Notes under the pieces: generated by a model
Databases searched by the model: none
Told to the model about the DNA's origin: nothing
Seen by the model: the letters and a program-made list of their open reading frames with translations, nothing else
Translations under genes and position numbers: made by a program
DNA from: Trichosphaerium sp. ATCC 40318
Lineage: Eukaryota; Protista; Tubulinea
Assembly (NCBI GenBank): GCA_038496445.1
Contig: JALMLS010000390.1
Location: 1 to 64,000, forward strand
DNA: 64,000 nucleotides
Reading direction: 5' to 3'
Part shown: piece by piece, positions 13,471-28,339 of the stretch
Layout: every line of letters begins with the position of its first letter
Numbering within the stretch: position 1 is the stretch's first letter

Positions 13471-16400
13471 CTATTTATTCAAAATTCTATTCATTTGTGA
13501 CTCTGTAAGGTTTCCAAAGTCATTAGTTGTTTTAGGCTTTGTAGACTCTCTTAAACTATCTCCTGAACTAGAGATAAGTCTATTGGACCTACATAGAACA
13601 AAGCTTAAGAATCAGAAAATTAAAAATCAAGTAGTCTACCTGTTCGATCTACCGAGTTTATGCCTTGTAGATATTCTTAGAGATTCAGATCCAGAAGGTT
13701 TTGGACGAGGAGAAACCTTTTAAATAAGTGAGTAGATGCAACTGTAAGTAGATGGGTTTTTTTTCTTTGGAGAACTTGTCACTTAAATGAAAAAATAACT
13801 TAAGTACCGGAAAGAAAGAAAAAAAATTGGTGCTTGTACAATCACGTGCTGACGTACTGGTTTTTTAACTATTTGATTTCTTTTCTGTCTCATCATACTC
13901 CTTCTCAATACTGAACTCTTACCAAGAGTACCTCCAGAACCTGTACGATTAGGTTTATAGTCTCTTGATAGCTTATCTTGTTGCTTAGGCTTGTCCTTAA
14001 ACCTAGTTGTTGTTTTCTCATCGTCATTATCGTTAACAACCTCTTCATCATTTAAAATATCCAAGAGGTCTCCCATAAAATCACGTTCAAAAGCTGTGAG
14101 CTTTGAGAATTTAAGAGTGTCAGGGCTCTTTTCTGGCAACTTAAAAAAAAAGAGTAAGAAAAGTACATATATTGTTAGGTTGTCTCGGAAGCTTACTGGT
14201 ACTTTCTGTGCCTTCATGGAGCGATGCATTGTGAATTTTTGTCTAAGAGATGGTTTTGATACTCCTGTGTCATTAGAATGCACTTGCTACAATGTACAGT
14301 AAGCTGTAAAAAAAGTATCAATATGGGCGTACTGCTCTGACTTGCTCAGCAAGCAATGTTCTCTTCTCTGCTTTTGCTTTCATCTCATTCTCTTCAATAG
14401 CGCTCTTAAAATATGTACTTAGTACTACCAGCTTATTTTATTTGTAACGAACATGAAGAGCCTGCAAGAATGACAGGAGGTGATTAAAGAATTCATCAGA
14501 TTGCGTTATCTTAAAATGATAGTTAGTACTTCTATCAAGGTTTTGAAAAATGCTCACCATTGGTTCTCCAAATGCTTCCAGGACTTTTGAAAACGCTGTT
14601 TCTGTATCTCTTAGTTCATTAAGAGCTTCTGCTAATCTCCTTCCAGCAACTTTCTTAAAAGGCTTTCAATTGTCAAAGAAATTTGTTTTCATTTCAACAA
14701 AAAAGAATTGGATAATGGTGGATACTACTAAGCGTTTCTTGTATGGATCATCTGTGTGAATATCGTTATCATACGCAGTGAATACTTCAACACGCTGTAG
14801 AGACGCTCGCAAACGTCCTAACTCTCCAGCTACGATATTTATGTTTCCTTTTAAAAAAATCAAAAATATGTTAACAAAAAGGTACTCACTTTTGCAAGAA
14901 ACTTCAAGGTTCGGGAGCTCGTTCATTGTATCTATACAATCCTTTTCGTTTTTTACTATATAATCAGCGATGTAATTTATCAGTTTAACTGATCCATCCA
15001 CTGACTGCATTGAAGTAACCTAAAGCACTTAGAAGCATACGATTTGATTTTAAAACCTACTTTTTTTAATGAATCGATTCTGAACCCTTGGCACTCTCCT
15101 CTCTCTGTGTTTTGATTTAAGAAGTTGCCAACAGCAAGAACAACCTAATTCAAACATCAAACAAGGAATTTCGCTACCTAAGACCACGTACTTCAAGAAG
15201 CTTACTTAAGTTTCTGCTGTTAAGTACTTCGTTACAACACTTTTGTACTTTCTCGATAGACTAGTGCGTGGTAGTGAGCATTTATAACTCTTTTAATATA
15301 TTACACGTACATCTAAAGCACTGTCCACAATTTCATCAAAACTCATCGCAACTTCCCAGCAAACGAGTCTATCCTCTAAATCCGGTATTTTCATGATCTT
15401 TTTGTGTACTTAGCTTATATTAAACAATATATCACTTACCTCTAAAAAGAACTTTTCAGCTCTACCCAAAGTAGACGGTGGGTTAAATGCGAATGGGGCG
15501 AGAAGTTGTCTCTAAAAATTCACATCAACATCAACAGCGCTCAAAGAAAACTAACACAAAAAAAATGGAATAAAAAAAGAATACCTCCTGTTCTGTTGGT
15601 ATGTACATAAGAAGAAATCGTAAATCTTCAGCTGTGAAAGACGTGTCATCCATAAGCATTATACCTGCTTTTATACCGTCTATGGTCATAGACTAAAGAA
15701 AATATTAGTGAATACATCTATGCATGTCATAATAACAGCACCTTTAATGTGAACCGAGACAACAATATGATACAGATGTCATTAGCTCTCTTTATTGGCA
15801 ACACTCGTTGCTCTTTAATCTCTTCCTTTGGGGTTTTACTATCATTTTTACTAAAGAGTTATACGATAAGCTAAGGTGATAGGAACAGAAAATTATTAAA
15901 GAAAACGTACGCCGGCTTTTTTTTGGACTCCGTTGCCTTCTTTTGAAAAAATAAGGTTGTTAGCGCCTCCTTATCCAAAGAGATATTGCTATTAGATAGT
16001 CCAGACCATAAAGTGCCCTCTGTATTCTTTAGTTTGACCCAATCTAAACGTTTGAATCCAGTTGGCACATGTGATTTCCGACGAGCAGCATTAAGTTGCT
16101 TTGGTGGAAGCTTTGGTGCTGCAATAGTTGGTCTTGCTCTTAAATTGTTTGTCTCCTTTTTGGTAGCCGCTAGCAAAGAAATCAGCGACTGTGCACGCAT
16201 AGGTGAAGAACCCAAGCGTTTTTTTTATGTCAAAAGCGCACGTGCCTATGAGTTCGGCTCTTTCCTCAAGAATCTTAACAGCCTCATTTGGGCTTACTTT
16301 CTCGTAACCCCAAAATACAAGTTTTTTATCTCTACTTCCTGTGACAAGTGTACCATCAAGTAAATCAACCATACATGATACACTAAAATGAAATTAATCC

Positions 16401-19400
16401 ATTCAGATAAAAAGGTAGTGTACAACATACCTATCATTGTGTGCTCTGAGTTGGTGATGTACAGTTCTTGATTTACTGTCGTATACGACAATAGTAGTAT
16501 CAAAAGATCCGCTCCACACATGGTTAAAAAGAGGTACATGTACAAGCGTATAAACACGATCAGGGATCGTTAATGAACTTAAGCATTTCACAGACTATGA
16601 AAAAAGTTAATACAAAAGCCACAAAGTACACTCACCTTTGCATCCCATATCTGAACGCCAGTATCACCTCCAAACCATACTTTAGTATCTACACAAATCA
16701 CAGTATTGATAATACACTAATACACCGAAGTAAGCCAGTAAAACAGAGTAGACAACCAAAACTGGTTTACCATTTTATCAAGTGATAGCTGACGCTTAAT
16801 TTTTCGTGTTTTGATATCAACCACGAAAATTATCTTATAAGAACCAATCCATACAGTGCCTGTAGATGGAACATGTGCGAAGCAACTTACTGGACGGTTT
16901 TCAGGTATCTGAAATGAGCCTACGGCTAATCCTCCCTACAACTTTTCAGTGAACATCAACAATAAAACAAGCTTCTAGACAACATTGTAGTAAATTAGAC
17001 TTACTCTCCAAATATTTACAAGACCATCAACATCACCGCTCCATATATCTCCACCGATACGAATAAGGGCTTTTACTACATTTTGGTGCTTTTCAAACTT
17101 CTTTCGAAACCTTGCGTTCTAACTCAAAAAAATGAGAAAATTTAACGAACGATAATAATGATCTACCTCTGCTCCCCACAAAGAAATTATCCCATTTTCT
17201 TGGCCTATCCATACCACGTCGTCTAATATTTGATTACCAAAAGGCTTAAATATGAAAATAATGACATACTGACTGGTAAAATCTTAAAAACTTTGGAAGC
17301 ACGCTAAAACACGAAATGTTAGTATCAGAACTGTACAAAAAATGGTTTCTTTGTACATCTGCTCTAGTAGATTTTACTGTAAAAGATCCGCAAAATTCAT
17401 GGGTATCGAGATCCCATCTTTCCACTGTACCATCACCAGTACCGCACCACAATTCATTGGCGGCTTGAACGACTAAAGAAAAACGGTATTATTAGTTTTT
17501 GTCAGCTTATGCACGTGTTTGATCATTACCAGCTAAGCATTCAATGCCTCTTTCAATATCAATGGCAACAGTAGATTTTAATTTTATATCCATTACTTCA
17601 TCAATCGCTTCAACATCTGGCCAGCACGTGTTAAAGAAAACAATAATTATGTGAACAAGGTTCATTACCTTGTGACACAGCCATACTAGAATCCATAGTT
17701 CCTCTTCTAGGTGATACTATACTCGTTGAAGAAGCCATTTCATCAACAATAGTAAAATCCTGTTTGAAGGTAACAATAGAGTCTTCTAAAATCGCTCTGC
17801 AAACTACAGAAAAATATACGTTAGTCAAAAACTCCTTACGATGCTTTTTCTTCATACCATCTAACTTATTTGTGTAATCGAATGAAGCCAATAAGCTCTC
17901 TAAGTAATCTACAAAAGGTCCTTCCAAAGGTGTTGCTTTTAGCTGACCTACAATTCACATTAGCAGCAACCAACAGTGTTTTTAATTTTTGTGACAACAT
18001 CTTTTTGTAGTAATACCTTTTAAGATCTTCATGACTTCAAGTGGTTCTTGAGTTACACTTGATACATCAATTGCCTTTTTACCAAGCCTAGCATGAAGTA
18101 CATCGAATACTTCAACTTGTTTCTTCAAATCATTAGCCATTTCGTACTTTTTGATCGCCTAAACGTATAAACACAAATACAACTCCATATTGTGCTCTTC
18201 CGTATGAGGGCCTTATAAAACATAACTTTTGAATTACGATAAAATCAAGCAAAATGCAAAATATGCACACTTCAATGAAGAGAAAATTGTTTTCGAAAAA
18301 AAAAATCCCCGTTTGGCACCTTTATTATCTCTGCAACCCCTCTTTGCACGAACATGCCACGTAAAATATTCTGAACTTCACTATCAAATTTTTGTGTATG
18401 TATAAGCACATTAATACAGGCAAGTACTTTAGCCTACCAATCAATCAACAAAAAGAAAAAAAAAAAAAAAATTGTTTACAAAAAAACAAGTTACCTTTGA
18501 TGTCATTCCTGCTGTCATTAAAAGTCTAAGCATCTCATCAACACGTATACTTAGAATCTCGGCAATAATAAGATAAAACTCCTCATTCATCAAAGCTAAG
18601 CCAGATAAAATGCGAAGAATTTCAGCTTTTTTATCATCACCAACATAATCCAGAGAAGCCGCTAGATTATCTAGAAAATTCTCTGACGTTACAACTAGGC
18701 GTAAACCAACCTATTTACAATAAATTAAGCACTAGAAAACTAAAGAAAAACAAAAACTTCACCTCATATTTCATCAAGCCATGCAAACTCATTATTGTTA
18801 GTCCCAATAGCTCTGATGTATCCTCTTCATCGCCAAATGATACTGCTTGAGGTCTACAAACAAAAGGTCAGTGAGTAATGTCTAAATACGGAAGTTCACG
18901 AGAGAGTATCTGAGAAAATCAACCAAACCATCGTAAAGATTACGAATCGTACATAGAACCGTTTTTCTTCTGTTCTTCGTTGAATACAAGATGGTCTAAT
19001 ATCTCACAAAGCAGCTTGGGACCATCAATATGTATGAACTCCTTTAACCATTTAACAGTCTCTGTACGCAGGGCTGTAGATAACATTAATAGAAGTCCTG
19101 CATCGATTTTTTTATCTAGAGCGGCTACGAGTTCACTTGGTGGCTTAGACTCCTTTGCTAGATTATTACGCGCGTTAGCATTGAGCCGTTTACAATTATA
19201 TTGTAGTACATTTGTGTGAACAAATAAACCACCATTGCTTCTCCACTGATGTTGTTTTTATCATTTCTTTGCGTGTAGCAGGGTTTGTAATATTCAATTG
19301 TGTCTTGTTGATAAATTAGTACCAAAGTTCCCGTAAGCGTGTATAAATCAATTGACGTACTAATAAACGCGTAAATAGCGCTTTAACTTGATCTGGCGGT

Positions 19401-19551
19401 GGCATTGGTTGTGCAGCATCCACAATGGAGTTAGACTAACGAAAACAGCGTCAACACCAATAAGACTATATTCTAAAGGTAGTACCCGAGACCTTGGGCT
19501 CAAAAGGTCGTCTTTTGCACGGCTTCGCGTGCCTTTAATCTTTCGTGACAT
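13471..19551 (-). CDS. Formin with GBD/FH3, WD40-like propeller and FH2 domains, no clear FH1
   Basis: FH2 motifs KRLDWVKL..TLW, AEKFFLE, LAVGNFLN, GFRIDSL; WD-like repeats (WCGTGDGTVERWD, WSGDVDGLVNIW, WSGSFDTTIVVYD, VTGSRDKKLVFW); FH3-like WLKEFIHIDG. Confidence 0.88.
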
Positions 19552-19643
19552 GGTTTATGCCATTAACAAGTGTTGGAATCACTACAAAACGTGTCAAGAC
19601 AACTTAAGATCTGTTAAGCTTTCAATAAATTATGGGTTTTTAT

Positions 19644-21231
19644 TTACAATTCACAATCTATTGCTACGTCAGGCGTATCACCGTATACTTCAAGCAAATC
19701 ATCAAAAGTTTTTGCTTTGAGCAAGTGCTTGTATAAAGGACACTTCGAATCAAGTTGATACGCTCTCACAAGTGTGTACTATAAACAGTAAGCAAAGAAC
19801 TTATAAAAATACTACAAAAAAAAACAAAAGATTTTTTCAAAATGGGTCTGACAGCGACCCCATAGGATAAGTCAAATGTTGAATAAATAATAAAATTGCA
19901 TGACAAATACAGCTCGATAAAATACAGTTTTTATAAGCGAAATAAAATGTAAGGTGTTTCTGTGGTGGAATAAAATGTACTGAAAGAGCTAACGATAATT
20001 TGTTTACCTTTGTGAAACCAAAAGGGTTCTTTGTCTTTTTGCATAATCTCACAATCTGTTTACACACAACATCTCTTGTTACATCTTTTGGTGAGAAAAC
20101 TGACAAATTTCTAAGAGCACCTCTTGCTACCATAACAGATGAACCTAAAAAACCAAAGTTTAGAATTATTGTTGTACAAAATGTCAAACACTTACACCCT
20201 GAAATTTCTTTAACTTTTGCGATATCCTCGTACTTAAAAATATCTCCGTTCGCGATAAGAGGTACGCTTACAGCTGCTTGTAATTGTGGAAGTAGATGGA
20301 GGTGTGCTTTTGATGTTGAACGTTGAGGTATATACCTAAAAGGTCATTTTAGTCTAACCATTTTCCAAATTGAAAAAAAAATAAACAAAAGGTGTACCTC
20401 GCATGTACACCAATAGCTTGTACTCCAGTTTGTTCTATAGTCTTTATAAGATCAATAGTATCCGACATATTTTCAAGAAGTCTAATTTTACATGTGACAG
20501 GACGTGGGACATTGCGTACAAGTGTAGTGAGTACCTTTTGAGAAAAAAAATAAGAAAAAAAACCTTCCATTACAAACAAATCTTATTTCGTTTTTAGTGT
20601 AACAACATAACGTACTTCCTTTACACGCTCTCTATCTTGTAATAAAGTTACGCCCATACCATTCTTAACGGAGAAACCTTTTGGACATCCCATATTAACA
20701 TCAATGGCATCTAATACGCGTAAGCATACCCCCACAACGTGTTTAATGAGCTACATACCGAAGTAAGGAAAAATGGCGTTTGCTGCTTTAAGTGCCCACT
20801 CCCCGTCTGCTGCGCCAATTTGTAGGACTGAATTTGTATCATTCGGAGAGCGCCTGTACACCAATTCTTCTGCTCCGTTGTTTTTTTTTGTTAGAAAATC
20901 AACAGTACCCATTTCGGCTATGGCGAGTATGTTAGATATGTTTGAAGCGTATGTCAGCAATAATTATCTAAGTATTATTTTCTAATCATTTCTACTCTAT
21001 TCCACGTACTATTCACGCGTTTAAAACATGTGGCGAGTTTTCTAGCCACTAATTCTTGGCTGTAAACAATATCTGCTCCGTAAGCCCGCGCAAGGCGTCT
21101 TATTGGTAGTGTACACTACTTTGGATTACTGTTAAGCTGTTTTAATGCGTTCATACCACTCTAACCATTGGAGCTAGGCATACTTTATTCCTATAATCAA
21201 TAGGGCTAACTGGGATGTTGATTTCTTCCAT
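19644..21231 (-). CDS. DUS2: tRNA-dihydrouridine synthase, Dus2-like
   Basis: LAPMVRV, LQIG, IDVNMGCPK (catalytic Cys), TCKIRL, AIGVHAR, IANGD, VMVARGAL. Confidence 0.9.
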
Positions 21232-21599
21232 TGATGTAGTTTTTGTACTATTTGTGGTAGTGCACTTTCTTTCTGTTCTTTTTCGCGTAATGCAGCGATT
21301 ATTAATGAAAGATTGCGTTTTAGGATGTAGTAGACGCAAAATTGTGGATAAAGCAGTAAATAGAAATTCAGAGTGTTAAGTGAACCATTTTCAAAAACAC
21401 AGAAAATTCACGTTGATTTGAAACCGCATGCTCGGGTTTATTGAGTGGCAGTACTCTGCACTTCAGCTGGCGTCAATAAGAGCTTGTTTAAACAACACAG
21501 TGATGAGGAAGATTTAGTTTTTTTGAATGTTGTTTATAACTTGTCGTTATTGTTACAAGTACACATATTATTTTATGATATTTTAAATACCTCTTGTTA

Positions 21600-24500
21600 T
21601 TATTTTTTGCCTACAGGCACATATCTTAGAGCTATATATGCCGCTAAACGATAAGCAAATATCATGCCAACAAGGATAGTTACATCAAGCCATATCTTAC
21701 CGTCATCAAGATGTAGTTCTTGTAGAACTTCCTCTCCTGTACTTAACCCAATACAAGGTAAGAAGCAACCCATGGATGAATTACCAACAGTAAAAGTAAT
21801 ATTAAGTAGACTCAGATCAGGACAAGGTGTTAGAGGACATTCAAACTCAATACCCTTCAAGTCATTTACAGCTAACGCTCTAAACGCGTACTTGTACGGA
21901 GATATATACTCAAGAGGTCTACAAAAAAAATTGATTAATTCGCTTTCGATTATTATCACGTGATATCGAGTGATGATTAGAATCACGTTTTGCCAAATAC
22001 TTACTTGAAATAAACTGGTATGTTCTCTACATTAACAAAGAACCCACCGAATGATAAAAATAGGAGGAATACAACAGACACCCATACAGTTGCAACATCT
22101 GGCTGTGAAAATAATGCAGAAACAAGTAATGCAGCCTATTTAATCATTAAATGCATCAAAATATAGCTGTGAGTTGTACCGATTGCATAGCCAACGAGGC
22201 AAGTAATAGTACGCCAAGGAATATAGCACAACGTATAGGATCAGGGTTTAATCCAATCTAAGAGGGAAAAAAAGTCACATTTCAACAGAAAACTAGATAC
22301 TACGTACGACATAATAAGATAATGCAACGTCGATGATAGCAAAAACAATTTGGAACGGTAAATCCGCTAACGTAGCAGAAAGATAGTATGGTAACGTCTG
22401 GTACATACCAGACGCTCGCTCCCTATTGAATACTGGACGTTCTAAAGGAACTACATAAAAAGTTAATATTATTAAAAATGTGCACGTGATGTACGCGGTA
22501 ACTTACACACAAAGGCTGCAGTATAAGCAGGAATTGAAGTAACAGCTGCAAGTAAAAAAAAGAGAGCAGCACCACGATCTGTAATACTTCCTTGATCATT
22601 ATCGATTTGGAGATACATCAATCCCATAAACAGGGAGAAAAATATGTGTTGAGCAAGTTGCGAAAAAAGCAACGCAGGATTCCTATAATTATTGCGCCAG
22701 TGCCTAAACGAAGTAAACAAAGCTGTAACTGGTTTGAACGAACTTACCTAGCAAATAGAGCTATGAACTGTCCCAAAAACCCTACACTAGCGTCTAATAT
22801 GCCGTGACGTTTAATTTGATCAGGAATCGGATCTATTGCCTTAAGCGCTTGCTTTGTATACTTAGATACAGCACACTGCGCAGGAACTGAAAGAGAGTTA
22901 ATACGAAATAAATAGGTTTAACAAGCCTCGTACTATCTTTGATCGCAGTAGCTCCAGCTTCTATACTCTGCGGAGGTAAAGAGCCACTTAAAACATCCAC
23001 TAATATAATAGTGTCAACAGCAAAAGTTTTCAGTTGAAAAATTTCAAAGGTCCCACAACGTACAGAAGAAATCAGCTGCATTGTCATATTTTGGACACGG
23101 ATAACCCATGGATCTAAAATAAGGAATAGCCTTATCAATACCACCAAAATATGCCATCTCTCCTATTCTTTATCAGACCAAAAAAACAATAAAATGGAAA
23201 TTCGATGAACATATTCAAGACGATATTTTTACCTTTACGTAAAAGAAGTAGCTTGTGAAACAATCCATATATATGTAACCTAGGTTGATGTATTGTACAG
23301 ATTACTGTACGACCACTATCTGCGATTTCACGAAGCAGTTTTACAATGTCATACCTATGTAACAAAAAGTCAAAGACAAGCTGAATTATGTCAATACCTA
23401 CGCTGTAGAACTATCCAATCCTGAAGTAGGTTCATCTAATATGAATACAATAGGTTCTTTGATTAATTCAGTGCCTACAGCAACACGCTTACGCTCACCT
23501 ATGAATTTGTTTAACCAAAAAAAAACAAAAACAAAGAAAAATGTTTAGCAGTGCTGCTTAGTCGTCAGTGTTTTCAAGCTTACCACCTGATACTCCACGG
23601 ACTTGGCCACCACCTACTACAGTATTTGCACAAGCTTGAAGCTTAAGTTCATCTATAACATCAGCAACCTATTCACTATTTTAAAAACTCCATTTTAGTT
23701 TACTTTGTCGTACTCTTTTTCGTCTTTCAAGTCCATTAGTTTTAGCTGGAAGTAGGAGCCTAGCTGCTGTATTGATTGTTTCTTTAACAGTAGCTGTACC
23801 AAGCAATATATCATCTTGTTTTACATAACCAAATACTTTTTTTATGATTGGTTCAATAACGGAAATAGATTGTCCATTTACGAGTATCTGGCCTATTATA
23901 TCACTAAACGAATAAAAAAAATATGTATGTAATGTACCTTGAACAATACCACCTGAATTCCTGCCTGTAATAATATCCAAAAAAGACGATTTTCCACAAC
24001 CTTTTTTAGTGTCAAAAAAAAAAAAAATATGACTTTCTGTTTTTGAAGAAAAGTGGAGAAATACGAACGTACCTGAAGGTCCCATGACTGCAATTAGTTC
24101 TCCTGGGTTAAAGGTACATGATATGTTCTGAAGTATGTGTTTAAACTCTTGTTTAAACCCACAACCGCTCCATATTTTTTTTCCTTTTGAATTTCGCTTT
24201 GGGATCTTAACAGAGTAGCATAGGTTCTCCACTTGAATACAAACTTGGTTTGTTGGCGCCCTGACAACTGTTGTTTGACGTGCAAGTTTAGCCACTTCTT
24301 CTGGCGTCGGTTTGTACTTTATATTCTCCTGTGATTGCCTCCAAGACGGCGCTCTACTCTGTCTTGTGTTGGTTCTGTCGTGTAAAACTAATTCTGACTC
24401 TTCGTCGGACGACGTGGAGTGCTCCTTGGTGCGTTGTTGGCGTTTTCTACGCGGTTTACGTTTATTTGTGCTTGTAGCACTGGCAGGTATGCGTGTATGG

Positions 24501-24619
24501 TCTGAAACGCCTGTAGATTCTGAAAATTGAACCATAGCATGGCCAGAATCATCTACCTTTGGCTTTTTTTTGCTCTTTTTGTGACGTTAGCGCATTTTAA
24601 CACTACACAACCGTACCAT
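21600..24619 (-). CDS. ABCG (White-type) half transporter
   Basis: Walker A GPSGCGKS, signature VSGGERKR, Walker [17 protein letters not shown]-terminal TM domain. First exon is ATG only (24619-24617). Confidence 0.95.
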
Positions 24620-25321
24620 GGTAAAACTAAGCAATAAGGTGTATATTTGAACACTGCAGTCTCAACAACGAACACATTTGACTTTTTAAACTCTGTTGCA
24701 TGTGCAAGTTGCGAAAATTCCGCTGTTAGTTAGTATTAAACCGATGCGTCAGCGTGGTATTTGCGGTGTCATAAGGTATTTTTTAGAGAGAAACATGCAA
24801 AAACTTTATTTTTTTTGTACCAATTTTGTCATTACAATGTCTATTTCACCGTAACAATCATTTCTGACCATACAACGCATTCACATCGAGTGCGATTTAT
24901 CGCGTCGACAAATACGATGCCGAGTCTGTCAATTTAGAAAAACGGGTTGCATTACGATACTTCGCGTTATTACGCCTTTTTTATAAACGCTTCAAACACG
25001 CTTCTTTTTATAAGATAGGTAGTGTTTGGTGTTATAACGCGCACGATTTTTGGTTTGTTGTAAATATTACGAAATTACGGCAACATATACTTTCTAATAC
25101 CCTCGCACAAGCGTAAACAATACATAAAAACCATGCAAAAGAGAGAAACAGGAGCGAAGACTCTTTCTGTTTTAGGACACGAGGTAATCTGTTGTTGCAA
25201 TGTTCTGCACCGTTTGTACAGTAGTAGGCACAATAGGCTTTACTGTAATGACGCAAACAAGTAGAACTTCCAAAATAAGAAGTTGGTAACATAGACATCT
25301 TCCAATTTTCCTTAAAGCAAC

Positions 25322-28041
25322 ATGAGTCGCTCTGTTACATTCTTGCTTTCTATCTCAATGTGTGTGTTTGTTAGTTATACACTAGCACAGTCATGTACTC
25401 TGGATACTGAGGACGAAGATTGCGGAAATAGTAACCCTGTTGCTTGTGCAAGTTTCGGCAATTGCAACCTGTGTTGTTGTACGTTTGCTGCTCAAAAATG
25501 CTTTAAAACTTTAAACTAACTTCATTAGTTAATACTAGCATTCCTGGTTCTTCAGGCGAATGCTACCAACCAACTAACGCCCCAACGGAGGTCTGTGACT
25601 CTACCTTTACTGTTTGCTATGCAGATGATGCCACCGCCGACTTATTTGGGCCTACTGCGCCCCGAGTGTGCCAACCAGGCTCTTTAGGAAGTGATTCCCT
25701 ATGTTATAGCCCTGGTACCGACACTTGTTTTGACGGTCTTTTATGTCCTGGTGGAGCAACTGCGGCTTTTTGTGCACCAGGTATGTTTTGTTTTATGACG
25801 CCATTCCTTTTTTCTGACGTAATCAATCCTTTAGTGGGAATATATCTAGGCGGATGCTACGATAACTCAACACAATCTTGTCATGGTGGTATTATTTGTG
25901 AAGGCCAAACCGCCACACTTTGTGGATGTACGTTTTTACAAACTTGAGTTGTTTGCAAATATGATGATTTTGTTGACGTTACTAGCTAATGGCGTTTTCG
26001 CTCCTGGCTTTTGTTTTTTGCCTTCAATGCAAACATGTAACTTTCTTGGTAACAGTCTTCCACCTACTGTTTGCAATGGAACAAGCTCAGCTTTTTGTCC
26101 AGGTATAAATCGGTTTTTTTTTCTTTCATTTTTGTTTATTTATTTCTTTGATTAGCCGATCCCTCAAGTCCAAGTCAAAGACCTGGTGGTTGTTATGATA
26201 CTGCATCCGATTCTTGTCATAGAGGGGTTATTTGTGAGGGTCTAACTAGCGAACCTTGTTCAGGTAAGTCAATTTTTTTGTATTTTACAGTTTGTACAAA
26301 CTGTTTTTTTGATTTTCTGACTAACATCTTTTAGCTGGTAGCACGTTTGCAGCTGAGATTTGCTATGATACTGCAACACAAACTTGCAACCTACTTGGAA
26401 ACGGTCTTGCACCTACAATCTGTAACGGAACAGGCTCAGCTTTTTGTCCAGGTAAGCTTACAAGTTTAAGTTTTTGTTCTCTAAAACAAACTTTTAGAGG
26501 ATCCTTTGGCTACATCAGGAACCACTGGTGGTTGTTTCGACACTATAACCCAATCTTGTCATACTGGTATCATCTGTAACGGTACTGGAGAAGAACCTTG
26601 CGGATGTACGTATATTTTGTTTGCTCTCATATCTGTATTAATTGCTTGTACAAACAGCTTCAGACAACCTCGCCAATGGCACTTGTTTTGATACGGCAAC
26701 TCAATCCTGCACATTGCTTCCTGTCGGTCAACAGCCTGTTATTTGCGAAGGAATATCTTCAGCTTTTTGTCTAGGTACGTTTGTTTAAATGTATTTAGTA
26801 CTAAGTGCTGTTACTAAATCGAACTTTTAGAGAATCCTTTGGCTACATCAGGAACCACTGGTGGTTGTTTCGATACTTTAACCGAATCTTGTCATAGTGG
26901 TATTATTTGCAATAGTACAACATCAGAACCGTGTGGATGTACGTTATATTATAGTACAGTTCCTCAACAAATACTTATGTTCATATAGCAAACATCAACC
27001 CTGCAAATGGTACTTGCTACGATGTTACAACCCAAACTTGTAATGTAGTTGGCGACAACTCTATCATCTGTGATGGTATTACTTCAGCTTTATGTCCAGG
27101 TATGTATTTGACACTGTGCGATGTTTAAACTAGGCTAATCCCCGTTGTTTAGAGGATTTTGCTGCCCCAGCAGTAAGACCTGGTGGATGCTATGATAGAA
27201 CTACGATGAGCTGTCACAGTGGTGTTATCTGTCCTGGCATTTCTTCTGATGAATGCAGAGCACAAAATGGAACCTCACAATGCTTCGACACTACAACAGA
27301 AAGATGCTCAAACGGAAACGTTTGTCAACAAGATCACTTTCATTGTCCTGGTTCGTAGTGTTTTGTGATTATTGTAGTACTACTGTCGCTTACTTAGCTG
27401 TAGAGGATGATTTCTCTGGTGGTTGTTACAACCCTATCACGCACTCATGTATTCACGGTAACGTTGAATGTACAGTAGAAGAGCAGCTATGCTTTGTCAA
27501 TATGATGAACGGCACTTGCTTCAATCCTAGTACTTCTGTATGTTTGCAAGGAATTGTTTGCCCAAGTGCACAAAGTAGTCTCTGTCCTGGAGCAACAAAC
27601 TCTTCTCAATGCTACGACCCTGCTACACAGCAATGCGTCGAAAGTGTGCCATGTACTGTAGGCGTAGATTGTCCAAGTGCGTACTTGACTATTGCTTCAA
27701 ATCAGAATGTCGCCTAACTTTAGTACTTAGTAATAACACCTCCACCAACAACAGCTGCTCCTACAACAGCTCCTACAACAGCTGCTCCTACAACAGCTGC
27801 TCCTACAACAACTGCTCCTACAACAACTGCTCCAACAACAGCTACTCCTACAACAGCTACCCCTACAACAGCTGCTCCTACAACAGCTGCCCCAACTACA
27901 ACTCCTCCGACTGCTACAGTCCCTACCGCTGTTTTCAATGCTACATTGCCTCCTAGTAACACTACTACTATCAGATCAGATGCCACAACCCAAACGATTT
28001 TTGTAGCCTTGTTGGCATTGATTGTTGCATTACTTTTGTAA
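25322..28041 (+). CDS. GPI-anchored surface protein with tandem Cys-rich modules (CBM52-like) and a PTTAA mucin stalk
   Basis: Signal peptide; repeated GGCYDxxTQSCHxGxICxG / CYDxATQTC modules; Thr/Pro stalk; hydrophobic tail [17 protein letters not shown]52 resemblance is from memory. Confidence 0.8.
27740..27920 (+). repeat. 15-bp coding tandem repeat (cctacaacagctgct; PTTAA)
   Basis: About 11 imperfect copies directly visible. Confidence 0.95.
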
Positions 28042-28339
28042 ACAACAGTTTAAAAAACTACTATTTAAATTACAGTAGCCCGAACTCAGAAGAATTGACA
28101 TCTGCTAGTGTACGTTGCAGATGCACTACAGCCTAAGTTCAACGTACCTAAAACAAAACTACAGCAGAACGTTTATTTTTGTCCAATGTCCTTGTTGCAA
28201 ATTACAAACACGTGTTTGTTGCGCTGTGAAAGGTAAAAAGGAAGAAAAAGCTATTAGCAGTTTAACAATGCAAACCTGATAAAAACAATACATTGTTTGT
28301 TAAGGGTCTAGGAAGGACGTTTGCAGGTAAGTAATTACG

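Noticed and set aside
19842-19863. Small hairpin in the long DUS2 intron
   Set aside because: Too short to distinguish from chance.
27609-27986. CSYNS-repeat and VVGAA-repeat ORFs
   Set aside because: Other frames of the PTTAA stalk.
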